Of a stretch of 64,000 nucleotides of DNA, positions 13,099-23,782 are shown one piece after another. Source of the DNA: Hydrolagus affinis (Eukaryota); NCBI GenBank assembly GCA_012026655.1, contig JAAILG010000592.1:1-64000 (forward strand), written 5' to 3'. Under the pieces are notes generated by a model. The model was not told the origin of the DNA and searched no databases. It was given only the letters and a program-made list of their open reading frames with translations. Position numbers and translations under genes: made by a program. Position 1 is the first letter of the stretch, and each line of letters starts with the position of its first letter.

Positions 13099-13919
13099 CT
13101 GTTGAAGAATATAATAATAACAATCCTTGCATTTCATTTACAAAATATACAAAAAGCAAAATTGTTAATTGATTTAGTTTGCCAATAGACAATTTTCATA
13201 ACAATCAGAAATTAATGCCCAAGGTAAACTAAAACATTACATTATTTAAGGGTTCTAAACAATGCTCTGTAATCTTATTTGCAACCCTTTGAAGGGGTGC
13301 TATAGTATTAACAACCATTTACAACCATTGAAAAGATGTTACAGTATTCATTAATGTTCTGAAAAGTAACTACAAAAGCAATTATCTTCATTACACTTTA
13401 AATATGGAATACTGAACTGAAGAGTTGGTGAGTATTTGCAATGATTTCTATGCATGACACATTCTGCTTGTTGCTCTAAAATCTCTCTTTAAACGTTGAT
13501 GGATAATGTAAATTAGAAATGAGATCATATGCAGAGATAAGCAGTCTGTTGTTTCCAAACGTGATGCACAAAAATGAAAAGCAGGTATAGGTAATTGGAA
13601 ACCTGATACACTAGCTTCAACCAAGGTCAGTCTATTTCTCGTGCACACAACTGGAATAGTTGGGGGATGGACTCCACCTAAAAAGCGTTTTGAAGCTAGT
13701 TGAAAAATCACATACTGTATGTAATTACAGACGCTATTTTCTGAATCCCAATTCAAACAATTCCCTTAGTAATGTGCATCTGATAATGTTAAGGAACATT
13801 TTTTGCTGTAATAATTTCACATTAATAAATAATGTATTGCACTGCATATTATGGAAGATATAGAATTTGCAATCAACATCTGCAAGCCATGCAAAATTTA
13901 AGTTATAAAACAAACTTGC

Positions 13920-16900
13920 CTTTTTGTTTCCCTTTCTTTTTGGTGGTTTCTTATCTTTTCTATTTCTCCTGGTTTCTTCGACTTCTGGATCAGATGCAAT
14001 AGCGGGATTATCAATCCCGGCTTTCCCGCAATTTTCAGGGGACAGTAAAGGATCTTCCTCACTTCCACGGTTAGGTTTTCCCTTCTTTGGTTTCCATGAG
14101 GAAGAAGACGCCGTTTCCTCATCACTCATATCAGACCGTTCTCTCCTACCATAATAGGATCTGGCTTTACTAAAGAGCGTCTTGGACTTGTACTTGTACT
14201 TTGAAGACTTCCGTATCATTGGCTGCTTTGATAAACCATTTTCTCCATCACCTTGAGAATGACTTCCTCCTGTCAGATTTGGCTTTCTTGCAATCTTTGT
14301 TTGTTTGGAATCCTCAGGGGTAGAGTATATGTCATCATCCTCAGCTTTGGATTTTATTAGGGCATCTCTTGGGATGGAATAATTGTCAGAAGGATCCATA
14401 TCATCCAAAAGGCCAAAAGGTCCACGATTGTGTTTCTTTGGGTTCTTACTAATGCCTTGTTCAATGGTTTTTACAAGATTTGGATCAAGTTTTCTCACAT
14501 CGTGCTTCAAAATAATAGGTTTGGGTTTAATGGGAGGAGGCACTTTGTGGTTATCATGATTGACAACTGGACTGCTCGGCAACGGGTATTCATTTCCTTC
14601 AAAATCTGATCGATGCTTGGAGCGATCACTGGAGGGTGGAAGCAACTGGACCTCGTCACCAATAGGGCTGTAAGGTGGAGGTGCTTCACTATCGTCCTCA
14701 GAATCTGGATAGTAATTGAAAGCCGGAGAACTTGCCCGAGGAGACAAGGAGAAGTCTTCACTGGTGTTCGCAAACTCTCTGGTGCTATCACACATATATG
14801 AATTTTCAATACTATTTTTCTTCTCCAATGTTTCACTGAAGAATGGTGTAAAGACCTCGGTCTGTCGATGATACTGTGATAAAGAATATATAGCAGTGAA
14901 CTTTGCAGATATCTCAGTTGCTATGTGCTCTCCCTCAGTCATTAACTCTTTAATAGCTTCATTTTCAAAAAAGTCAGCCTGACTGTCAGTGACTGCCACC
15001 AGTTGAACAGGAATAACATCTTGCACTTCTGCCAAGAAAGCCCGGAGCATTGCCATAGATGCTTTTCTCTTTGCTGAATATACCAGAATATATCCATGTA
15101 CTAACTCGTCCTTCCTCACACAAATGGATGAGTGGTACGAAAGGATTGTAATCTGGATTCTTTTACGTTTTTCGCCGATAATCTTTTCAAGTAAGAGCGA
15201 ATTCGTATGGCCAGGTTGAGCAGCACTACAGAAACGCGATTCCAGGAATGGTGAAAGGATTAGGTCGACATTGAACGGATCACCACACATGGCACACATT
15301 ACAATTCTCAAATCAGCTTCTGAGAGATCCTTAATACTGGGCACAGGGTTCACCACATTCAAATTATGTTTCAATGATTCAAGCAGACCTCGGAGCGATT
15401 GTTTGATTTGGAATTCGTGAAATTTGCGGGTATGGGTTCCAGGGGGCACGTCGACAAAAGGACATTGCAGCTTATTTGCGAGCTGTTGTCCCTGTAGTTT
15501 TAGAATGGGTAAGTTTTTGCCAATGTCTCTCTGATTTGCCAATATAAGTGTAAATGGAAAATTGGCTATAAATCTACCCTTCCTGTTCACATTGGCTTCA
15601 TTTCTTAATCGCTCAATGCATTCTGCTACACATTTAAGCGATTCTGCCGAGTTGTACACACAGAAACACCCGTGAGGTTGACATGCAGTAGTCAGCCCAC
15701 CCAAAGCAGGAGTATTTGGATCTAATGGGTGAAGATCCAGTTCATAGATCTTGCCATCCAATGTGTACTCATCATCAGTGCATTGTGCTCGAATCTCATT
15801 GGCTAATTCTTGTGCGAGCCCATCCCTTCCGAGGAGGACAAGGTTCAGTTTGTCAATATTGGCACTATCCTGATACATGTTTGGGCGGCTGTGGTCAAAC
15901 TGTATGAGGTTGGTAGAAAGGAGCTGCTCCACTTTAAGGTCCATGCAATTTTGGCCACTGAGACAAGTTTCTTTTGTGGGATGATACACAAATCCAATGT
16001 GTTTTAACAAAAGAGATTCACGATCTGGTGCAAGTTTCTGTAAAGCCCCATATCTAGGTTCTTCATTCAGAACATTGTTGATTTCACTCATCTTGTCCAC
16101 TGTGGGTGTGGCATTTAGATCCAAATCATAAAAAAGCTCAGAGTGCTCAAAAAGCATTTCTTGAAACTCCTCTTTTGCTTTTTCAACAATTTCTCTTTGA
16201 TATTTACCATAAACGTCTCTCCGATCAGAATCGGTTATAAACTTGTAAGCTTCGTTGTCCATGGCAAAACACAAAACTTCTTCCCAGGGTTTACCAGGTG
16301 TAATGAACTGTATTTTTTCAAGATGCTTCTTAAATTTCTCTTTCATTTCAAGCCTCCGCCTCTCAGCCGTCAAATGCTGTACGTGATTGTGATAAACCTT
16401 TTCTGACTCTGATGTACTGAGCAAATCAAAAGGAAGTCTCTTATCGTTTATATTATCTATGTGGTTGGTTTCATCCCATGGCGTTTTTTCTAGCACAACA
16501 AACCAAAGAGGAAAGTTTGGACTTCGTTCCAACATACTCTGGGCCCCTGACCAGTTCAAGTGTTCAATTTCATCAAGGTCAGAGAGAAGCTCACTGAGGG
16601 CTTTTGGTAACAAAGCAATATATTCTTCTCGTCGTCTTCTGATATGTTCCTGTTTAAGTTGCTCTATATGCTTAGCAAATGTATTTTTTGCCTTCTTTGT
16701 CCCTTCCAGGGTTATGTACTCTTCATAATCATTGTGGTTTTTTAATTTGTTACTAACAGTTTTCCACTGTGCATGATAATCTTTTACTGTGTGAACAATC
16801 AACCTTTCAAACTTGTCTGCCGATGCAGCAACAAGCTGCCTTTGCTGCTTATACGCATCCAAATATGGAATAATCTTCGTCTTGCCCCTTGCTTTATCCA

Positions 16901-17636
16901 GTATCTGGATTAAAGCAGCAAAACATAAATCAACATTAACATGAAAACGTGCTGAAGTTTCCACAACAGGCATGTTTTTTTTGTTTGTTGCAAAAGCCTG
17001 TACCTCCCGCAGGTAATGATCCACACATTCATCGCATTTTGTTGCAGCAATTACAATTGGCTTTTTATTTTTAGCCAGCTGAGCAGAAAGGTTATTTATG
17101 AACTTCAGCTGATCATCAAACTTCCTGTTGCACCCTTTGCTTACATCAATGCATAAGAGGAAACCATCAATAGTCACCTTTCCATCTGGCATCTGTTTCT
17201 GCTCAAAGTCTTGCTCTAAACCCAGCTGATCAGTACAGATGTACATGAGCTTTTCAGCTGATTGCAATTTTGACATTGCTGCTCGTTTAATATAAGGTTG
17301 TAAGTTTGTACTTCGATGAGGCAGAAAGGTTTGGTCATCAATAAATTCAGTTTGTTCAATCAGTTGTACTTTATATTCAGATCCTTCCTCACTTATGTGG
17401 TTTACATCACCCCAGTACAAAAAGTGGTCATTGTTGACAACACGTCCTCCAAAGTCAATTGTGCTAAGCACAGAGGTATGCTCTGGGTAATAATCATCAG
17501 CTTTTGGATGCACATATCTATTGCACAGACATGACTTTCCAACACCGCTTGTTCCCTTCTCCTTCTCTGTTCCCGACAATCCCACCACACTAATATTGTA
17601 GATCAGGGGACGTAGTTCTTTGTTTTTTGCCATCAT
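13920..17636 (-). CDS. ARHGAP5: ARHGAP5 (p190-B RhoGAP), giant first coding exon, 1239 codons: N-terminal GTPase domain, FF repeats, pseudoGTPase pG1/pG2, YxxP region
   Basis: ORF MMAKNKELRP..YNISVVGLSGTEKEKGTSGVGKSCLCNRYV..DYYPEHTSVLSTIDFGGRVVNNDHFLYWG is diagnostic of the p190 family; the MMAKNKE start and GSEEDPLLSP segment fit p190-B rather than p190-A. Acceptor ttttttcctattttaaacag| places the exon start at 17814 (178-nt UTR). The exon ends at AAG|GCAAGT (13920); the ORF tail to 13734 is intronic read-through. Confidence 0.96.
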
Positions 17637-17954
17637 ATTGTTCCACTCATCCCATTACATTTGAAGATGGTACTGGTCCTTATTCTTCAATAGTCCCCAC
17701 ACATATTTGGTAATTGCATTTGCACAAGGTCAGTTCAGCTCAAATTCCATTTCCACTGGAAATTCACTTTTCTGCTCCAATCATTTATTTCCATAGTTTC
17801 TCAAAATATCACCTCTGTTTAAAATAGGAAAAAAATGTCAAGTTAAAAATATATGACACAGTATGAAATTCATATAGAAGATAACGTTAAGATAAATAGC
17901 GGATGCATTGTGCTTAACAATTAATTATAATGAATGTTGACAAATGAATTAATA

Positions 17955-18085
17955 AAAAATAATAATTCTTGCATTTGATTTCATATCTTTGAGACATCTC
18001 AAAGCACTTCATAAAATATACTGTAAAGTGAATTGACTGTGCATTTGTGGGCAAAAGAGAGGTAGGCAATTGTGCACAGCAGTGA
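17955..18085 (-). mobile_element. tRNA-derived SINE, 3' part
   Basis: ttcttgcatttga..gagacatctcaaagcacttca..gtgaattgactgt. Confidence 0.8.
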
Positions 18086-19199
18086 CCAGGTGCTTGCAAT
18101 CGCCAAAAATTGGGATTATTGGTCAACTCAGTACTAACTGTATTACTTCACCACTAACAAACACCACTGCTGTGTATCTTACTTCCATTTTTTAAACTGG
18201 GGAATTGGGAGGAATTTTTTTTAAACTTTAAAAGCTTATAACGTTATATATTGGAGTCCTGTAGCTCAGTGGTTAGAGCACTACATGATGAAGTGCTAAT
18301 TATAACAACAGGAACATACATTCTGTTTATTATTTGTGAGGCTGAATTATGCAGTGTGTCCCACCCTCGCAAGATTTGTTTAAACAAGATTTCATTACAG
18401 TATATGTAATCAAGCGTTTTGTTTTTGATATACGTCATTCAACATTTTGAACAGAACTTCAACAATGTTTTGTATAAAGTAGTGTAACATTTAAAAATTC
18501 ACATGTCCCTGGAAGCTTAAATCCCTGGGAACATTTTCACACAGACAACTGTGAATCTAGCCTCTGAAATGACACCAAATAAAAGGCGTTGAACAAAACG
18601 TATTGAATACAGTAAGTTCACCATTTGAAATTTCGTTAGGCTTAATAGATCTCGATTTTGCAGTGTGTCCCATACTATAAAAATAGTACAGTACTGTACT
18701 ATCTACATGAACCGCATTTTATAAATTACACGCATAGCTGCGGCAATTCCACCGCAGAAAGAACGTGTAAAAATCCCTTCTGCTTCTCTCACATTAACGA
18801 TGTGCTTAAACACCTTAATACGTTTGTAGATGGGTTTAAAAGAAAATATTTACGTGTGGAAATTGCACAGCTGGTATTCAACGACATACATTTTCCAGAT
18901 CCACAAATATGTTCTTTTTTTCCCCCAAAAAAACCCCCCCCAGATAAATCAAACGTAATCATTTGATCTATTTTTCATTCTTGGGGCACTTTTAAAGCAA
19001 TACTTTCGGGAAATTAAACATCGCAAATTACCAAGTGCACAAGATTACCACTTCATCACTGCTGGACATTTTCAAGAGGCCTAACAACCATCCATCCATT
19101 CTTTAAAAAAGATATCCAGGATCGACTTTTTTTTCCCCCAAAACAATTTTTTTTAAAAAGAAACCGCAAATCAAAAACAAACAAAGCGAATGTTTAACT

Positions 19200-20330
19200 C
19201 CGACATTCATTCACCAACATTAGGGGAGGATTTCGGTTCGTGCCGGTAGGAAGGTTGGTTGCTTCCCATTTTGGGCCTTTTACTGGTCTGGACAGGTCAA
19301 CGAAGAAATCTACCGGCCTGGAAAAGAGAGGAAAGGAGGGAGAGGGGGAAAGAAACAGTACAGGGTGGGTGGTGGAGGGGGTGCAGATGAGCTGAAACAT
19401 GCTCGACAGAGACAGAGTTAGACTAAATAGGTAGAGAAGGACGGCCCGGGCTGCCGTTGGCGTTTGCACCGTCTGATCCCAATCCCCCCACCACACATCG
19501 AATCACTCCTATTGTACCCAACATAACGAACAGTTGATCCTGAGGGGGAAAAAAAATCCCCCTTCCCCAACATGGTCGCTGCCAGGCTTTCGCTTCCCAG
19601 CCCGGCCCGGCCCGGCTCGCCTCTCTCACTTCCCACCCCTTCGGCTCCCAGCAGACACACAACACCTCGGCACCGAAGACCAATACATACGTGGACAACC
19701 GCTGCTTCTTTCCCTCTCCTCCTCCACCTCCTCCTCCTTTTCGCCTCCAACTCTCTCACTTCAATATTAATATGTAATAAATAAAAAGTCCATGGCCGTT
19801 GGGACGACGTCTTCTCCCAAGTTTTTTTTCCCCAAAAAAATTCCTCCTCTCGCTGGGTGCGGGAGGAGGAGGAGGAAAATCAAAAGCTGCCGACGGTCTG
19901 AAATGGCGGATATCGTCTGGCTAACTTTTCCTGCTATTTGTCTTTGCCGAAGCTGTAACTCGGCTCCCAGCGCACACACACTCCCTCCCCCGTAGAGAGC
20001 GACAGTGAGGGGGAAAAAAAACGAACCGAGGCGGCGTCGATTTAGAGCAGCTCCACACAGGAGACGAGCAGCCCGGCTCACCGCGCATGCGCAAGCAGGA
20101 GAACGCGAATCGCTCCAGAGAGCCAGACAGCTCGGCTCACCGCGCATGCGTGAGCAGAGTTTGAGCTACTCCAGAGGACAAGCAGCCTGGATCATCGCGC
20201 ATGCGCAATCAGTGAATGGGAATCTGTGTGTGTGTGTGTGTGTGTGAGAGAGCGAGCAGCCAGGCTCACAGCGAGTGTACGTTCGTCATCACGCAGGAAT
20301 CGGAGACAGCTCGTCGCAGACGTTCATCGG
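19200..20330 (-). promoter_or_regulatory. ARHGAP5: CpG island / promoter and probable non-coding first exon of ARHGAP5
   Basis: Sharp GC/CpG enrichment against an AT-rich background; three NRF1-type GCGCATGCG(C/T) sites (20083, 20142, 20197); YY1-like AAATGGCGG at 19901. Candidate exon-1 donor CAC|GTATGT at 19691/19690 is uncertain. Confidence 0.8.
20225..20246. repeat. (TG)11 microsatellite
   Basis: Directly visible. Confidence 0.95.
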
Positions 20331-21015
20331 CGTTAGATTTGAGTCCATGTTGTTAGATTTGAGGCGGGTTCTCGCCCAATTTGGGCGGATTTTTTTTTAG
20401 TTGTTCTGCTGAACTGCGTTGTGTTTTTTTCAATTTTAGAAAAAAAAACAGCTTTGGACGGGTTCATTTTTTTAATTTTAAAATATATACATATATAATG
20501 TGAATTTAAACCTGCACCTGCAGGATATGTTTTTCTCCTTTCCCCTTTTCTTACAGTTTCAAAATCACGGAACCCACCTTGTCCGCTCCGCTGCCACTCT
20601 GCGGCCACAAAATACAGTCCGAGCCCCCTCCGAAAGTAGCCCAACTCATAATATTGGGCTACTTTGGGGCGCGGGGGGGAGAAGGTGCTCTGCAGTGTAT
20701 TTGGTACACTTTGAGCAACACTGCTATGTTTTAATTGCTGGCAAACCCTATGACTGACAGTCTGGTCAACAGAGGTGGGAGGCTGCAGGGAAGAATGGAA
20801 GAGTCAAAGGAATGTGGCTCCCTCCCTCCCTTCGCCGCCCGGGGGAGGAAATCAGTAGAGCTGTAGCTCTCGCTCCTTTCTGCCTTTGCCTCTCGCATTT
20901 TCCCGTGACTTCCCGGGGCTCTGGGAATTTGCGAGGAATGTCTGGCACCAAGGACGAGGAGGAAGAAGGAGGATGGAAGAGGAGGAGGAGAGGGGCCAGG
21001 CTGGGAAAGATTGCC

Positions 21016-21433
21016 AAAACACAAAATACTACAGATGCTGGGACTCTGAAACAAAAACAGAAGTTGCTGGGGAAACTCAGCAGGTCAGGCAGCATCCATG
21101 GAGAAAGGAAAAGAAGTCAACGTTTCGTCAGAACTTCTAAATAAGCCTGTTCTGACGAAACAATTCTGACGAAGGATTGTTAAACAAGCCCCAGCTCTAA
21201 ACAAGCCACTTCTGACGAGACAACAACAACAACAACAAATTACATTTATAGAGCGCCTTTCACGTCGGGAGGACGTCCCAAGGCGCTGAAATTCTGGTTG
21301 TTAAACAAGCCCCAGCTCTAAACAAGCCCCGGTTCTGACGAAGGGTTGTAGACCCGAAACGTTGACTCTTTTTCCTTTCTCCATGGATGCTGCCTGACCT
21401 GCTGAGTTTCCCCAGCAACTTTTGTTTTTGATT
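21016..21433. mobile_element. Palindromic non-autonomous Penelope-like element remnant with 14-bp TSD and nested L2 tail
   Basis: Near-perfect ~76-bp inverted arms at 21052-21127 and 21355-21430; flanking direct repeat TGGGAAAGATTGCC at 21002-21015 and 21434-21447; arm sequence (gatgctgcctgacctgctgagtttccccagca) resembles the abundant chondrichthyan PLE-derived repeat (from recall). Confidence 0.8.
21331..21367 (+). ncRNA. Minimal type-I hammerhead ribozyme motif (Penelope type)
   Basis: GGUU-CUGACGA-A-GGGU[UGUAG]ACCC-GAAAC-GUU-GACU: core boxes CUGANGA and GAAA, 4-bp stem II, palindromic minimal stem III (ACGU), 4-bp stem I (GGUU/GACU, two G-U pairs). Activity untested. Confidence 0.65.
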
Positions 21434-22559
21434 TGGGAAAGATTGCCTCTGAAAGTTGGAGAGCACAGCGAGCACATCGCCGCACAGCCCTTCCTAGACA
21501 CGTCCTTGACACATTGGCAGAAGGAGGGGGTGGGAGAGAAAGAGACAGAGAGAGAGAGAGAAAAATAAATAAAACTCTCCTCTTTTTCATCTGCAAAATA
21601 GCCCATGGCGATGGTACAAAGAAGAATATATTGCAAACCGCAAATAGTAGTTAGAGAATCAGGGGTCGGAATGTTGTTAATTCTGAGCTTAGTTATCATT
21701 AACGCAGGATTAATGTTTAAAGTGCTCCCAGCAGGTGTTTGTTTTCACTGTTGCAAGAAGAATACCAGTTTTATAAGCAGTCACAAAAATACAGTTACTC
21801 CATTTTACAGTATACAGTGAAGCACTTTGAGATGGTCCTGCAACGAAAAAAACAATTTGCATCTGTACAGCGCCCATCATACAGGATAATGTTTCCCTGG
21901 GAGCAATGAAATTATGCTGTATCACATAACTATAAGGATTCTTATCATTTTTACATCATTAGGAAATGAATAGCTACTGAACTGCAGGTTTCAGCAAATA
22001 AAAGTTTCCAAAATGTGAATTGTTCCTTGCAGATGTGAAAGGTTGGGAGAGTTTTGACATTCCTCCACAACTGCCCCAGGAGCATCTGGGTTGAAAGACT
22101 AACACCACTAGACTAATACTAGGAGAAATGCATTCAGTGCTGAGAATGTGAAACTTAATTTAGAATTTGGGGATTTCTAAGTACAGTATAAGGAGATCAA
22201 TTACAATTTCATACAGCAAACATATTTTAAATAGAAAGGTGGAAAGATTATGTATGCATATTATTTACATAATTCTGTACTTATTTGCATAATAATTTAA
22301 CACTATTAGGGGAACATCAGACTTTGTAACTGCAAAGAAGTGAAAACAATGAAGTTAAGCTTGGATTCAGCCATCTTGAGAAATACAATAGCTCAGCAGT
22401 ATTGTTAGCATCGCAATTTGCCTAAATTTGCAAAGTACACAAGGCCAGTTACCATGCACAGTTTTGTAAAATGGCCATCGGATGTTTTACAGCAAATATT
22501 TACTCACTATTCATTGTCACCCCACAATGATGTTATAGCACTGTAATATGTTAGTAATC

Positions 22560-22850
22560 GTATCATTTGACCTGGTTCTTTATCGTGTTTATGAAACGTT
22601 TCAAAGCTCTTCACAGGATTTACTGTAAAGTATAGTTCCTGTGTATTTGTAGGCAAAACACAACAATCTCCCATAAATAGCCAGGAATGATTAATTTTAT
22701 CGGAAAGATTGTTGGCAAGGATACTGTGAGAAACTCCCGTTAATTATTATTTGATTCTTTAACATCCACATGATCAATTAACTTCTGTTTAATGCTTCTT
22801 CCGAAGGATAGCACCCCAGACAATGTAACTGCATTGGAATGCCAGCCTCG
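22560..22850 (-). mobile_element. Degenerate Deu-domain SINE
   Basis: tttaacatccac..gtttaatgcttcttccgaaggatagcacc is the reverse complement of a Deu domain; L2-type tail at the left. Confidence 0.6.
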
Positions 22851-22887
22851 TCTGTAACATTCGGGGCATGAATGTACAACTTTCTAG

Positions 22888-23195
22888 CTAATAATAAATA
22901 ATAATAATCCTTGCATTTGATATAGCCCTTTTCACATCTTCCAGATGTCTCAAAGCACTTCACAGGATATACTGTAAAGTGAATTGACTGTATACATGTG
23001 GGCGAAACACGACAGCTAATTGTGCACAGCAGTGTATCACAAACAATCGTGGATTGAAATGACCAATTTATTATTTTTTTGAGGGATTATTATTTAGGGT
23101 AAAGAACCTTGCCCAAGGTTTCACCCTGCCTGGAAATGAACCCAGGTCTCTCGCTTGTAATGCTCGTGTTCTAATTACCGAGCTACAGGACTCCA
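22888..23195 (-). mobile_element. tRNA-derived SINE, full length
   Basis: Head GGAGTCCTGTAGCTCGG.., B-box-like GGGTTCATTTCC, tail aaatgcaaggattattatt. Confidence 0.88.
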
Positions 23196-23499
23196 TAATT
23201 ATTATTATGTAGGATATACTATGGGCTCGTGACATACAGTACAGGTACACAATTACTTTAAACATTTCCATTTGACAAAAATAAAAATACAAAAATCTGA
23301 CATGAGATTGAAGTTTCTCAAGCTGTTCATTGTCAAGTACGGTTAGTCATTTTACAACAATTGCCATATTTTTATTTGGTAAGATTGCCCCTGCTGTGCA
23401 CAGTGCATTTTTAGTAAATCTGAATGAGACTGCATTTTAAAAATGAAAAAAATCCTGGTGACATTTATTCAGTGAATATCTGAGCAACACAGGAAAGTA

Positions 23500-23782
23500 A
23501 TGTACTGTACTATGTTCAAACGTTGATTTGTGCAATTAGCTGATCTCAATGTAAGACAGATGAGGAGCACTGAAACTGTCTTCAGGAGAACACAGAGGGG
23601 GAGAAACAACTCGACTTCTTGCTTCTGATTAAAATCCAGTGGTTATATAGATAAGTGCATACACATGTCAATGTTGGGTAAGAAAGGATCAAGTTCAGCT
23701 GTGACGCCAATTTTGAATAGACTGACAACACCTTAGGTTCAATTGTCAATAATGGGCACTTAATCAAGGTACCAGAGGGCAC
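23500..23782 (+). mobile_element. LF-SINE-like ancient SINE
   Basis: ttagctgatctca..aggatcaagttcagctgtgacgcc..gaatagactgacaacac..aatgggcactt..aggtaccagagggc. Confidence 0.65.

Noticed and set aside
13734-13919. Last ~60 aa of the 1300-aa ORF (ASLFYNLNF...)
   Set aside because: Intronic read-through past the GC donor; the protein continues in the exon at 13098.
18253-18290. tRNA-like sequence GGAGTCCTGTAGCTCAGTGGTTAGAGCACT
   Set aside because: Only the A-box half is present and it matches the SINE head; neither this nor the other SINE heads appear to be real tRNA genes.
21149-21341. Recurrent TTCTGACGA units resembling a CRISPR array
   Set aside because: Eukaryotic context, irregular spacing, duplicated 'spacers' and no cas genes; explained by rearranged hammerhead/PLE sequence.
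19194-21699. Cluster of 70-130 aa ORFs, including the peptide KQKLLGKLSRSGSIHGERK on both strands
   Set aside because: CpG-island stop-codon scarcity; the repeated peptide simply reflects the inverted repeat arms.
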